A stretch of DNA of 64,000 bases from Thermoplasmata archaeon (GTDB lineage: Archaea > Thermoplasmatota > Thermoplasmata > Lutacidiplasmatales > UBA184). Made by a program: the position numbers and the translations under genes. Location of the stretch: positions 3,735-67,734 of the forward strand of contig JAKAVY010000003.1 in the NCBI GenBank assembly GCA_021827405.1, given 5' to 3'. Position 1 is the first letter of the stretch; every line of letters starts with the position of its first letter. Under the pieces are notes generated by a model, which saw only the letters and a list, made by a program, of their open reading frames with translations, did no database searches and was not told where the DNA came from. Below, in pieces: positions 19,367-28,786 of the stretch.

Positions 19367-20206
19367 CTAAGGCGGGCTGGGCGAGGGGGCCTCGGTCTTC
19401 GGGGAGTCCGTAGGGGCGCTCGGCCCGGCGGGGGCGGCGGCCCCCGCGGCGGGTTTCGGCGCCGGGGTCTTGTGCTCCTCCACGAAGGTGATCTTCTGCA
19501 GCTTGAGCAGGCTCCGAAGGTCCTCGATCACCCGGGACTTCGCCACGAGCCAGTTGAGGTCGAACAGGACCCGGTCGGGGAGCCTAATGGTGACCTCGGC
19601 CCCTTCCACCTGCACGGGGAACTCCTCCCCCTTCCCGTATTCCATGTCCAGCACCGTGGTGGCCACCCGGGGAGGGTCCGTGACCTTCTCCAAGACCTGG
19701 AACTTGAACTGGACCTTCCGACCGGCCTGGGGCCGGTTGAAGTCGACCTTTACCCGGCCCGCGGTGATGAGGCTGACCCGCCCGGAACGGCCCTCGATGG
19801 TGAGGACGGTCCCCAGGTCCAGATGCGCATCCTCGCGCCGCATCTCCGGGAGCCGGGAGATCTTCTGGATGGAGAAGCTCTCCACCAGGTCCGGGTCGCG
19901 CTCGCCGAAGGCCTCCGCCGGGGAGAACTCCTTCTCCACCTCCTTCCCGATCGGGACCCCCTCTAGGGCGCTCTCGATCTTTCCCAACGAGCCGGCAAAG
20001 AGCTCCCGCCCCACCACATGCGGACGGGGACGGAAGAGGGCGTTGGCGGGAGTCTCGGCCTTCGCCTCCTTGGCGGCGGACTCCCGGGTGGTGTCCAATA
20101 GCTCTCGCTTCCCGCCAAATTCGCTCCACAGCTCGTAGTCCAAGAGGACCAGATCGCCCTTCTGGACCGGGCCGGGGGAGGCCTTATCCGTCATCGGGGC
20201 GGCCAC
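19367..20206 (-). CDS. FKBP-type peptidyl-prolyl cis-trans isomerase (long archaeal form)
   Basis: KGDLVLLDYELWSE is followed by an IF-domain insert and a C-terminal chaperone domain. Confidence 0.75.
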   Translation of the reverse strand: MAAPMTDKASPGPVQKGDLVLLDYELWSEFGGKRELLDTTRESAAKEAKAETPANALFRPRPHVVGRELFAGSLGKIESALEGVPIGKEVEKEFSPAEAFGERDPDLVESFSIQKISRLPEMRREDAHLDLGTVLTIEGRSGRVSLITAGRVKVDFNRPQAGRKVQFKFQVLEKVTDPPRVATTVLDMEYGKGEEFPVQVEGAEVTIRLPDRVLFDLNWLVAKSRVIEDLRSLLKLQKITFVEEHKTPAPKPAAGAAAPAGPSAPTDSPKTEAPSPSPP

Positions 20207-20218
20207 CCGGGAGGCCTC

Positions 20219-21292
20219 TTAAGTATTGCTGGGGGGCGACCGAGGCAGGTGGCGTCGGCCGCTCCAACCATACGAAAGGAACCCCCGGAACGCCCCGTAG
20301 GCTGTCGCCCAGCGGCGGAGGATCTCTATCGGCCGGAGCCGGAAGCCGGGAAACCGACCCTCTTCTGCCCGGCCCTGGATCTCCAGGGCCACCACGAGCC
20401 CGAGGAAGGTCAACGCGCTCAAGAGGAGGACCCCCTCGCCCCACACGCTCTGGGACGGAAGGATCGCCCAGAGCAACCCTCCTAGCACGGCCAGGAAGGG
20501 TGGGAGAAGGTACGGAAGGAGCCTTCCGCTGGAAGCCTCATAGGTGCTCCCGCTCCGTCGCCAGACCACATACCCCCCCTTGGCGTAGGCCGCTTGCTTG
20601 CGAAGCAAGCCCGCCAGCGTGAGCCCGCTGAAGTCATGCCACACCGCGGCCCCCGGGACGTAGCGACCCTTCCAACCCGCCCGCAGGGCCCGGAGCGCGA
20701 AGTCCTGGTCCTCGCTGGACGCCCGGGGGTCCAACGTGGTGTCCAAGCCCCCGACCTGCTCGAAGACCTTCCGGCGCCAGGCCGAGTTCCCCATGGGGAG
20801 GGCGTGCGGGTGCGCCCGGGCCACCGTCTCGTAGAAGCGACGGAGGTACCCATCGTAGTATCTCGCTCCCACCGTGACCACCGTGCCCGGCATCCCCGGG
20901 GTGGGCCCACCGGTGAAGCCCACGGCGGGGTCCGTGAAGGGAGAGGTGATCTCCCTAAGCCATCCGGCCGGGGCCACCTCGTCCGCGTCCAGGAAGGCCA
21001 CGATCTCTCCCCGAGCCTCCCTCAGGGCCCCGTTCCGGCTCTCGGCAATGGTGCCGGGGACCCGCAAGGGACGCACCCGGGGGTCTCGCCGTGCCCCTTC
21101 CTGCGAGAGCTCGAAGGTCCCGTCCGTCGACCCTCCGTCCGCCACCAGGATCTCCAGGGGGGGAAGGCTCTGCGTCTGCAGGCTCTCGAGCGTCCGGCCC
21201 ACCCGGCGGTCGTTCAAGACCGTCACGACCACGGTCACGGAAGGTTCCCCGCCCCGGGGGAGGGCGGAGGCTGGGCCCCCGGCCTTAGCCAT
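20219..21292 (-). CDS. family 2 glycosyltransferase
   Basis: VTVVVTVLNDRR...ILVADGGSTDGT, the DAD motif, and C-terminal TM helices are present. Confidence 0.75.
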   Translation of the reverse strand: MAKAGGPASALPRGGEPSVTVVVTVLNDRRVGRTLESLQTQSLPPLEILVADGGSTDGTFELSQEGARRDPRVRPLRVPGTIAESRNGALREARGEIVAFLDADEVAPAGWLREITSPFTDPAVGFTGGPTPGMPGTVVTVGARYYDGYLRRFYETVARAHPHALPMGNSAWRRKVFEQVGGLDTTLDPRASSEDQDFALRALRAGWKGRYVPGAAVWHDFSGLTLAGLLRKQAAYAKGGYVVWRRSGSTYEASSGRLLPYLLPPFLAVLGGLLWAILPSQSVWGEGVLLLSALTFLGLVVALEIQGRAEEGRFPGFRLRPIEILRRWATAYGAFRGFLSYGWSGRRHLPRSPPSNT

Positions 21293-22268
21293 GGGGGACC
21301 GGTGGAGGTCTCGGGGCCGGGTCCCGGAGGGCCCGGATGGTCTCCTCCACCACCTCGGCGGAGCGGTACCGGGGCGTGAATCCCAGCCGGCGGAGCCGCT
21401 CGATGGAAAGGTGCTGGCGAGGGACGTCTCCGGCCCACCCTTTGGTCCCCCCGGTGTAGTCGATGCGGGCGCCGGGGGCCGCCGCCGCCACCACCCGCTG
21501 GGCGATCTCGGCGACGGAGATGGTGTCCTCCGGGGCCAGGTTGAACACGTTGACCGGTTCCTTCGCGTGCTCCGTGACGTAGATCATGGCCTCCACGCAG
21601 TCCTCGACGTGAAGGTACCCCTTACGCTGCGCGCCATCCCCCAGGACCTCCAGCCGAAGCGGGTCCCGTCGGAGCTTCTCCAAGAAGTCGTAGATCACGC
21701 CGTGGGTCGCCCCGGGTCCGCAGACGTTGGCAAAGCGGAAGACCCAGGCCCTGAACCCGAAGGTGTGGACGAACGCGCTGACCAGGCCTTCCGAGGCGAG
21801 CTTGCTCGCCCCGTATAGGCTCTCCGGGAGGAGGGGACCGTAGTCCTCCGGGGTGGGAAACACGGTGGGAAGACCATAGACCACCGAGCTCGAGGAGAAG
21901 GCGATGTTCCTGACCGACCCGTGGCGCATGGCCTCCAGCACGCGTTGCGTGGCGACGGTACCCTGCTCCAGGTCCAGTTGCGTGATTTCCTTTCCCCGGC
22001 GGACGTCCGGGTTCGCGGAAAGATGCCAGACGAACTGGGTCCCCTCCACCCCCCGACGCAGCAGGGAGGCATCCAGGACGTCCCCCTCCAGGATCTCCAC
22101 CCGGCGGTCCCCCACCAGGTCCTGGAGGTTTCCCCGGGTGCCGGAGGAGAAATTGTCGAGGACCCGGACCTTCCAGCCCCGATGCAACAACCCGCGCACC
22201 AGGACGTGACCGATCCCTCCGGCCCCCCCGGTGACCAGGGCCCAGGGCCCCTCTCCTTCCTCTGACAC
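21285..22268 (-). CDS. NAD-dependent sugar epimerase/dehydratase (SDR family)
   Basis: ALVTGGAGGIGHVL is the Rossmann motif, and YGASK is the catalytic motif. It overlaps the GT2 gene by 8 nt. Confidence 0.8.
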   Translation of the reverse strand: MSEEGEGPWALVTGGAGGIGHVLVRGLLHRGWKVRVLDNFSSGTRGNLQDLVGDRRVEILEGDVLDASLLRRGVEGTQFVWHLSANPDVRRGKEITQLDLEQGTVATQRVLEAMRHGSVRNIAFSSSSVVYGLPTVFPTPEDYGPLLPESLYGASKLASEGLVSAFVHTFGFRAWVFRFANVCGPGATHGVIYDFLEKLRRDPLRLEVLGDGAQRKGYLHVEDCVEAMIYVTEHAKEPVNVFNLAPEDTISVAEIAQRVVAAAAPGARIDYTGGTKGWAGDVPRQHLSIERLRRLGFTPRYRSAEVVEETIRALRDPAPRPPPVPHG

Positions 22269-22300
22269 GGGAAAACCTCCATCGCCGCCTTCCTCGAGCA

Positions 22301-22312
22301 GGATATATATCC
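22301..22312. promoter_or_regulatory. palindromic TATA element GGATATATATCC in a divergent intergenic region
   Basis: It is positioned to serve the epimerase gene on the minus strand (start 22268) and the plus-strand three-gene cassette (start 22352). Confidence 0.3.
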
Positions 22313-22351
22313 AACGGGTCCCCTCGTGGGACCGGAAGGGGAACGCGATCC

Positions 22352-22576
22352 ATGCGAACCTACGTGCGGGTGGTCTTCAGTTCCGAGGGAGCCGGGCCTC
22401 AGGATGTGGTCAAGGTCATGCGGGAGCTGGGATTCGAGGAATCCCTCGGGATGCACGACTTTGTCTACAAGTGGAAGAACCGCGCGAACCTGGATGAAGT
22501 GCTCAACATGGTCACCGAGATGCACCGACGGATGAAGGGGCTCCAGGTGAACTACGAGGTCACCACCATCACGTGA
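22352..22576 (+). CDS. small conserved-looking protein (74 aa), function unknown
   Basis: It is a clean ORF that overlaps the next gene by 4 nt. Confidence 0.35.
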   Translation: MRTYVRVVFSSEGAGPQDVVKVMRELGFEESLGMHDFVYKWKNRANLDEVLNMVTEMHRRMKGLQVNYEVTTIT

Positions 22577-22923
22577 AGGGGAACCGCCAACCCGAGACCC
22601 CGGCCCCTCCTCCCCGGACGATAGGAGGGGTGCTTCCGGAGCACCGGATCCTCGTCCATCTTTGGGAGAACCGGACCCCCCGGGGGCGGTTCGAGGCGGG
22701 CAAGCCCCTCACGGAACCCGGCATGATGCGGAGCCTCGGGCTGGACCGGGGAGAGCTCAAGCGCCTGCTCACTCGCCTGGAAGGACAGGGGATGCTCAGC
22801 CATCGCACCCAGTACGTGGTGGGATTCACGGAGATGCGAACGGTCTACCACCTGACGCGAAGGGGAGAACGGGAGGCCCAGAACCTCCGGGGTAGCCCTC
22901 CGCCCGGGGGACCCGCTCCATGA
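22573..22923 (+). CDS. winged-helix DNA-binding protein (MarR/PadR-like)
   Basis: ILVHLWE...TEPGMMRSLGLDRGELKRLLTRLEGQGMLSHR...VYHLTRRGE is present. It overlaps both neighbours by 4 nt. Confidence 0.45.
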   Translation: MKGNRQPETPAPPPRTIGGVLPEHRILVHLWENRTPRGRFEAGKPLTEPGMMRSLGLDRGELKRLLTRLEGQGMLSHRTQYVVGFTEMRTVYHLTRRGEREAQNLRGSPPPGGPAP

Positions 22924-23525
22924 GTCCCGGCCCCCCGCGACCCGGCCCCGGGCGCCGGGGACACCTCAGCGGAGCCCGGGTCAGGCTCCGGCCCCCCGCT
23001 CCGGAGGACCTTCCTCAGCTCTTCCGCTGGATGAACGACCCGGAGGCCATCGCGCCCTGGGACCGCTTCGAGGTGGACAGCTACGAAGGGATGGCCCAGG
23101 CCCTCCGGGACGCACCCTCCGACCCCCGATCTCTGGCCCCCCGATTCGTGGTGATGCGGCGGGATGACGAGCGGCCCCTCGGGGTGGTGGGCTATTACCT
23201 CGCCCACAACGCCCTGGACACGGTGGACCTCTGGTACGCCATCTGCCTCCCCGAGGAAAGGGGGAAGGGCTACGGCGCGGAGGCGGTAGGTCTCCTCACC
23301 GACTTCGTCTTCTCCCAGCAGAAGGTCTCCCGGGTCGGCGCGGTGGCCGACGTGGAGAACCCGGCCTCCTACCACCTGCTGGAGCGGCTCGGGTTCTCCC
23401 TCGAGGGAAGGATGCGTCAGGCCCTCTTCCATCACGGGCAGTGGCACGATGTCGTGGTCTACGGGCTCACCCGGGAGGAGTGGGAACGGAAGGTCCCGAC
23501 CCCAACGGGCCCAGCCGAAACCTGA
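22920..23525 (+). CDS. GNAT-family N-acetyltransferase (RimJ/RimL-like)
   Basis: LPQLFRWMNDPEA...VVGYY...LWYAICLPEERGKGYGAEAV is the acetyl-CoA-binding motif. Confidence 0.75.
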   Translation: MSPGPPRPGPGRRGHLSGARVRLRPPAPEDLPQLFRWMNDPEAIAPWDRFEVDSYEGMAQALRDAPSDPRSLAPRFVVMRRDDERPLGVVGYYLAHNALDTVDLWYAICLPEERGKGYGAEAVGLLTDFVFSQQKVSRVGAVADVENPASYHLLERLGFSLEGRMRQALFHHGQWHDVVVYGLTREEWERKVPTPTGPAET

Positions 23526-24279
23526 GCCGTTGACCTCCCCCCGGGAGGGAGAGGGACGGCTCCCCTTCCACGGGCCCTACCTCCGATGTATCGCGGACGT
23601 GGGTCCCTCCACAGGGGGTGCGGTCCACGCCCTCGATCACCACCAGACGGAGCTCGGCGAGCCCATGCGGGAGGCGGGCCGCGCTGGAACGCCCCGGCTC
23701 CCGGGCGAACTCCTCCGGGGTGACGAACGCCAGCGAGACGGGCACGGACCGGGTGAAGAACTCCCGGTTGGCCGCGTCGAACGTCTCCCTCAGGCTCTCT
23801 TCCGAAGGCAGGGCGCGGGCCAGATCGAACGATCCGCCCGAGCCGCCCAACCGGGCCCGTTCGGTCGGGATGCCGTGGCGACGGAAGACCATGGCGGAGA
23901 GCAGGTGCTGCGCGGTGTGCGACCGCATATGCCCGTAGCGGCGGGGCCAGTCGATCCTTCCCTCCACCGGCATCCCTCGAGCGAGCTTTCCCAGATGGGC
24001 GGGGGACAACCGGTGCACAATGGCCCCGGAGCGATGCTCCACTTCCATGACCCTCAGACGGTCCCCCGATGGGGTCCTTAGCTCTCCCTGGTCGCAGGGT
24101 TGGCCTCCTCCGGTGGGGTAGAACAGGGTCCGGGAAAGGAGGACCCCTCCGGGAGGGAGGGCCATGACCTCGGCCTGGAAGTGGGTCTCGTACCCCGCGT
24201 CCAGGCTCCTGAGGTAGGCGGGGACCCCCTTGCCGTTCACGTCCACGGTGCTGGGCCCCGAACCGCCCCGGCTCTTCAT
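23467..24279 (-). CDS. AlaX-M-like tRNA editing protein (alanyl-tRNA synthetase editing-domain homolog)
   Basis: TLFYPTGGGQPCDQGEL, the HTAQHLL (HxxxH) motif, and the CGGTHV zinc motif are present. The start is taken at MKSRGG; the upstream part of the track ORF is low-complexity. Confidence 0.65.
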   Translation of the reverse strand: MKSRGGSGPSTVDVNGKGVPAYLRSLDAGYETHFQAEVMALPPGGVLLSRTLFYPTGGGQPCDQGELRTPSGDRLRVMEVEHRSGAIVHRLSPAHLGKLARGMPVEGRIDWPRRYGHMRSHTAQHLLSAMVFRRHGIPTERARLGGSGGSFDLARALPSEESLRETFDAANREFFTRSVPVSLAFVTPEEFAREPGRSSAARLPHGLAELRLVVIEGVDRTPCGGTHVRDTSEVGPVEGEPSLSLPGGGQRLRFRLGPLGSGPSVPTPPG

Positions 24280-24397
24280 CCCTCCGGTGCGCGAGGCCGA
24301 CGGAAGGGTTTCCCCCCCCGGACGGCCGTCCGGGAAGCTCTTGGGCCTCACAAGGGTTTTAAAGGGGGCGGGGGTGGGCCGACGCCAAGGTTCCCCC

Positions 24398-25135
24398 ATG
24401 TTCCGGGCACGCGTGCGCATGGAGGTCCTCCGCGAGCTGGTGGGGGTGGTCTCCACGCTGGTGCCCGAAGTGAAGATCGTGGTCACTCCGGAGGGCCTCG
24501 AGGCCAAGGCGGTGGACCCCTCCCATGTGGCCATGCTGGTGGTCCGCCTCAAGAAGCAAGCCTTCGAGGAGTTCAACGGGGAGCCGACGGAGATCGGCCT
24601 CGACCTGGAGAAGGTCCGGGAGGTCCTCCAGCTGGCGAGGCCGGGCGAGGTCCTCGACCTCAGCTACGATGCCCCCAAGTCCCGGTTGATCGTCTCCGTG
24701 GGCAAGCTCAGCCGGTCCATGAGCGTGGTCGACCCTCAAGGGATGTCGGACCCGAAGGTCCCTTCGGTGAACCCCACGGCGAAGGTCTCCCTCCGGATCG
24801 AGGACCTGCGCCAGGGGATTCGGGGCTCGGAGTCGATCAGCGACCACGTCTCCCTGAGCCTGGACCCCGAGGGCTTCGCCCTTCACTCGGAGGGGGAGAA
24901 CGACCGGGTGGACCTTCGGCTCCCGAAGGAGTCCCTGCTCAACCTGGAGACCACCGAACCGACGCGGAGCATGTATCCGCTGGACTTCTTTTCCAACATG
25001 GTGAAGTCCATCGTCACCGCGGATACGGTGAACCTCGCCCTGGGAAACCAATACCCGCTGAAGCTGGACTTCACGCTCGCCTCGGGCAACGGGGACGGCG
25101 AGTTCCTCCTCGCGCCGCGGGTGGAAGAGGATTGA
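24398..25135 (+). CDS. pcn: DNA polymerase sliding clamp PCNA
   Basis: MFRARVRMEVLRELVGVVSTLV...TPEGLEAKAVDPSHVAMLV is typical for PCNA. The track ORF start at 24230 is probably too early. Confidence 0.85.
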   Translation: MFRARVRMEVLRELVGVVSTLVPEVKIVVTPEGLEAKAVDPSHVAMLVVRLKKQAFEEFNGEPTEIGLDLEKVREVLQLARPGEVLDLSYDAPKSRLIVSVGKLSRSMSVVDPQGMSDPKVPSVNPTAKVSLRIEDLRQGIRGSESISDHVSLSLDPEGFALHSEGENDRVDLRLPKESLLNLETTEPTRSMYPLDFFSNMVKSIVTADTVNLALGNQYPLKLDFTLASGNGDGEFLLAPRVEED

Positions 25136-25211
25136 GCTTTCGGGGTCTTTCGACCCCGGCCACCGGCCATTCCCCCCTGGTCCTTATTTAGCCGGGGCGC
25201 TCCGAAAGGCC

Positions 25212-26408
25212 GTGACCGGTTCCTCTCCCCATGTCGCCATCGTGAGCGCGGTCCGGACCCCCCTGGGCAAGTTCGGGGGAGCCCTGGGACGGGTCCCCGC
25301 CACCACCCTGGGCAAAGTGGTCGCCGAGGAAGCGCTCCGCCGTGCCTCGGTGCGGCCGGACCAGGTCGAGGAAGTGATCTTCGGCTGCGGGATCCAGGCC
25401 GGCCTGGGACAGAACCCTGCGCGTCAGGTCCTCATCCGTTCCGGGATCCCGCCAAACGTGGGGGGCCTCACCGTGAACAAGGTCTGCGGCTCCGGCATGA
25501 AGAGCCTCATGCTCGCCGCCAGCGAGATCCGGGCCGGGGACTTCACCCTCGTCCTCGCGGGAGGGATGGAGAGCATGAGCCTGGCCCCCTTCCTCCTCCC
25601 GTCCCGGGCCCGCTGGGGGCTCCGGCTGGGGGACGCCTCGTTGGTGGACGCGGTCCAGAACGATGCGCTCCTGGACGCCTACGACCATCAGTCCATGGGG
25701 ATGACCGGGGAGGCGGTGGCGAAGCGCTTCAGCATCACGCGGCCGGAGGCGGATGCCTTCGCGGTGGAGAGCCACCGGAAGGCCGGAGAGGCCTCGGCCA
25801 GCGGGCGGTTCGATCCCGAGATCGTCCCGGTCCCGTCCCCCACCCCGGGGGGCGCCCCGGTGGCCCGGGACGAAGGACCCCGGCCGGAGAGCACGCGGGA
25901 GAGCCTGGGGGCCCTCAAGCCGGCCTTCGTTCCCGGGGGGATCCTCACGGCCGGGAACTCCTCCCAGCTCTCGGACGGCGCGGCCGCCTTGGTCCTGGTC
26001 GGGGAGCCGGCCGCCCGGGACCTGGGGCTACGGCCGCTGGCCTGGATCCGGTCCTACCACGTGAGCGGGGTCCCTCCCCCTCGGGTCATGGAGGCTCCCA
26101 TCCCGGCGGTGGAAGGCCTCCTTTCCAAGGAACATCTCACCATCGAGGACATCGACCTCTTCGAGCACAACGAGGCCTTCTCCACCGCCTCCATCGCGGT
26201 CCAGCGCGCGCTCCGGGTCCCCGAAGAACGCTTCAACGTGAACGGGGGGGCCGTGGCCCTCGGCCATCCCATCGGCTGCTCCGGCGCCCGGATCACCGTG
26301 ACCCTGCTCCACGAGATGCTCCGGCGGAAGGCGTTCCGGGGACTGGCCACGCTCTGCATGGGCGGCGGGAACGGGACGGCCCTCCTGTTGGAGCGGGCCG
26401 AGGCCTGA
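25212..26408 (+). CDS. acetyl-CoA C-acetyltransferase (thiolase II)
   Basis: VNKVCGSGMKSL carries the active Cys, and the C-terminal motifs NVNGGAVALGHPIGCSGAR and CMGGGNGTAL are present. Confidence 0.9.
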   Translation: MTGSSPHVAIVSAVRTPLGKFGGALGRVPATTLGKVVAEEALRRASVRPDQVEEVIFGCGIQAGLGQNPARQVLIRSGIPPNVGGLTVNKVCGSGMKSLMLAASEIRAGDFTLVLAGGMESMSLAPFLLPSRARWGLRLGDASLVDAVQNDALLDAYDHQSMGMTGEAVAKRFSITRPEADAFAVESHRKAGEASASGRFDPEIVPVPSPTPGGAPVARDEGPRPESTRESLGALKPAFVPGGILTAGNSSQLSDGAAALVLVGEPAARDLGLRPLAWIRSYHVSGVPPPRVMEAPIPAVEGLLSKEHLTIEDIDLFEHNEAFSTASIAVQRALRVPEERFNVNGGAVALGHPIGCSGARITVTLLHEMLRRKAFRGLATLCMGGGNGTALLLERAEA

Positions 26409-26451
26409 GCCCGGCCCGAAGGTCGGCGAGGAACACCGGCCCGCGGTCCCG

Positions 26452-27705
26452 TCAGGTCCTGACCCTCGTACGGGACGTGGGTCCCGGGGCCTCGGGCAAG
26501 AGGGGAAGCCCGAGGAGGGCCGAGAGGGCCTGGAGCTCCTTTCGGGCCCGTCCCCGCTCCCCCCGGCGCAGTCCGGGACGCCGTCGGGCCCGGATCCCTG
26601 CGGATAAGGCCTCGAGGCGCCCCAGCGCCCCGCCGAAGTCCAGGTCCTGGGCCATACGGGACCTCACCTCCTCCTTCCCGTCCGCGAGACTTTGGGCCGG
26701 CGTATCCCCTTCGGCGCCGAAGAGACGCGAGAAGGTCCGCTGGGTCTCCCTCCAACGGACGTCGGCCTCCCGCGCCTTCCGGGGGTCGTATTCCAAACGG
26801 TCGCGGTAATGGGTACCCCAGAGGTACCAGCGGAGCCCGCCGGGAGTGAGCTGGGTCAACGCATCCGAGAGAAGGACCAGGTTCCCCAGGGATTTGGACA
26901 TCTTCTGGTCCCCCCGGGTGACGAAGGCCCCGTGCAGGAAGCGCTGGGCGAAGGCGCGACCGGTCATGGCCCGACAGAGGAGGTTCTCCGCGTAATGGTG
27001 AGGGAAGACCAGGTCGAGGCCACCCCCGTGCAGGTCCATGGGTAGGGTGAGGTACCGTTCGGCCATGGCGAAGCATTCGATGTGCCAACCGGGCATCCCG
27101 CGACCCCAAGGGCTGTTCCAGCAGGGAGCGGGGGCCTCGCTGGGCTTCCAGAGGGCGAAGTCCAAAGGGTTGTCCGCCTCCGCGGTGTCGATGCCTCCCG
27201 GGTCGGCCACCGCATGCTCGGCGAGGAGCTCGGCCGCCGGGAAGTCCCGCCCCGCCGGGGCCGAGGAGGCCCGGAAGTACAGGGCCCCCCCCTTCCGGTA
27301 GGTCATGCCCTTGCGCTCGAGGGCCCGGAGGATCCGGATCATGGTCGGGACGAAGTCGCTCGACCGGGGGCGGTGCTCGCTGGGGCGGATCCCCAGGACC
27401 CGGAGCTGCTGCCAGAAGTCCCGCTCCTCCCGGCGGGCCAGGGTGCGCCAGGAGATCCCGAGGGCGGCGGCCCGGTGGGTGATCTTGTCCTCGAAGTCGG
27501 TGATGTTCTGGACCTGGTGGACGGGGGAGCCGGCCGACTCCAGGAGGCGACGGACCCCGTCGAAGAGCAGATAGTTCCGCGCGTGGCCGACGTGGGAGGG
27601 GGCATAGACCGTCGGTCCGCAGACGTACATCTCGACCCCCCGTCGACCCGGGGGAGACCAGGCTTCCAGCGAGCCGGTCAGCGTGTCGAAGTAGGTGAGG
27701 TCCAT
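26452..27705 (-). CDS. cysS: cysteinyl-tRNA synthetase
   Basis: MYVCGPTVYAPSHVGHAR is the HIGH motif, and KMSKSLGN is present. The start is taken at MDLTYF. The upstream part of the track ORF and the overlapping 562-aa ORF are low-complexity. Confidence 0.85.
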   Translation of the reverse strand: MDLTYFDTLTGSLEAWSPPGRRGVEMYVCGPTVYAPSHVGHARNYLLFDGVRRLLESAGSPVHQVQNITDFEDKITHRAAALGISWRTLARREERDFWQQLRVLGIRPSEHRPRSSDFVPTMIRILRALERKGMTYRKGGALYFRASSAPAGRDFPAAELLAEHAVADPGGIDTAEADNPLDFALWKPSEAPAPCWNSPWGRGMPGWHIECFAMAERYLTLPMDLHGGGLDLVFPHHYAENLLCRAMTGRAFAQRFLHGAFVTRGDQKMSKSLGNLVLLSDALTQLTPGGLRWYLWGTHYRDRLEYDPRKAREADVRWRETQRTFSRLFGAEGDTPAQSLADGKEEVRSRMAQDLDFGGALGRLEALSAGIRARRRPGLRRGERGRARKELQALSALLGLPLLPEAPGPTSRTRVRT

Positions 27706-28039
27706 CGGGTCTTCCACCGGCAACGCCCCATAAGCCCTGCACCCGGAGACCCCGGGGGGGTCCGTGGCGGGGCTTCCCGGCGGCCTCCCGTGGGCACGGC
27801 GACAGGGCGAGGGGGGGACGGCCCTTCCTGCTTGGATAGTGACGGTCGTAGAGGAAAGTCCCATGGAGACCCCGATCGGGGACCCCCGGGACCCTGGGCG
27901 CCGGGGCGGCAGGAAGGCCTGCCGGCCACCGACGCGAAGCCCCTCGCCGCCTCCCCCCCCCGGGAGCGCGATCCCTCGTCCGGCCCTAGCAAGGTACGGG
28001 GGTCCTCCGACCCCGTCTGCCCGTTCCCCAGTCCCCGGG

Positions 28040-28786
28040 TCAGCGCTCCCGCCAACGCAGGACCCTTCCAACCCAGACGATCCACAGGAGGGAAAAGCCG
28101 GCCAGCACCCCCACGGGCAACAGGGGCGCCCCCCCGGTCCCGGAGATCACGTCGTCCAGGAGGACGCTACCCCAGGTCAGGGGCCAGCCATACGCCAGAT
28201 AACGCCACGGGAGGGGAAGGATCGTCACCGGGTAGTAGACCGGGGCAAAGAACCCGAGCATGGCCCCGGCGAAATTGGCCAGGGTGTTGGTGGCCCGGGG
28301 AGAGCGGCCGTAGGCGCCAATGAGGAAGCCGATCCCCAGGGTGGAGGTGAAGACCAAGAGGAGGGAGGCAAAGACCCCGGCCAGGGCCAGCGCCGAGAGG
28401 CCGATCCCGAAGAACGCCTCCGCCGCCAGCAGCAGGCTCGCTGCGGAGACCAGGGTCAGGGGGAGGTTGGTCAGCGAGATCGAGAGCAGGTAGACCAAGG
28501 GACTCACCGGGGTGGAGACCCACAGGTCGTACATCCGGCTCTGCTTGTCCTGGGCCATCTGCTCCGCGGTGGAAGTGATGTTGACCAAGGCGGTCTCGAG
28601 CAGGATCGACCCCACCAGGATCTGGCGCTGGGAGGCCAGGCTCCCCACCAGGTTCCCCAGGAAGAAGAGGATCCCCAGGGGGAGGAGGAAGAAGAACATC
28701 AACAGCGGCCCCAGGTCCCTGAGCGCGGTGCGCAACTGGAGCCCCGCGACCTCCACCGTGAGCGGGACCGCGGGCCAGCGGTTCAC
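28040..28786 (-). CDS. ABC-2 type transporter permease
   Basis: It has six TM helices and sits downstream of the ATPase, overlapping it by 4 nt. Confidence 0.7.
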   Translation of the reverse strand: MNRWPAVPLTVEVAGLQLRTALRDLGPLLMFFFLLPLGILFFLGNLVGSLASQRQILVGSILLETALVNITSTAEQMAQDKQSRMYDLWVSTPVSPLVYLLSISLTNLPLTLVSAASLLLAAEAFFGIGLSALALAGVFASLLLVFTSTLGIGFLIGAYGRSPRATNTLANFAGAMLGFFAPVYYPVTILPLPWRYLAYGWPLTWGSVLLDDVISGTGGAPLLPVGVLAGFSLLWIVWVGRVLRWRER

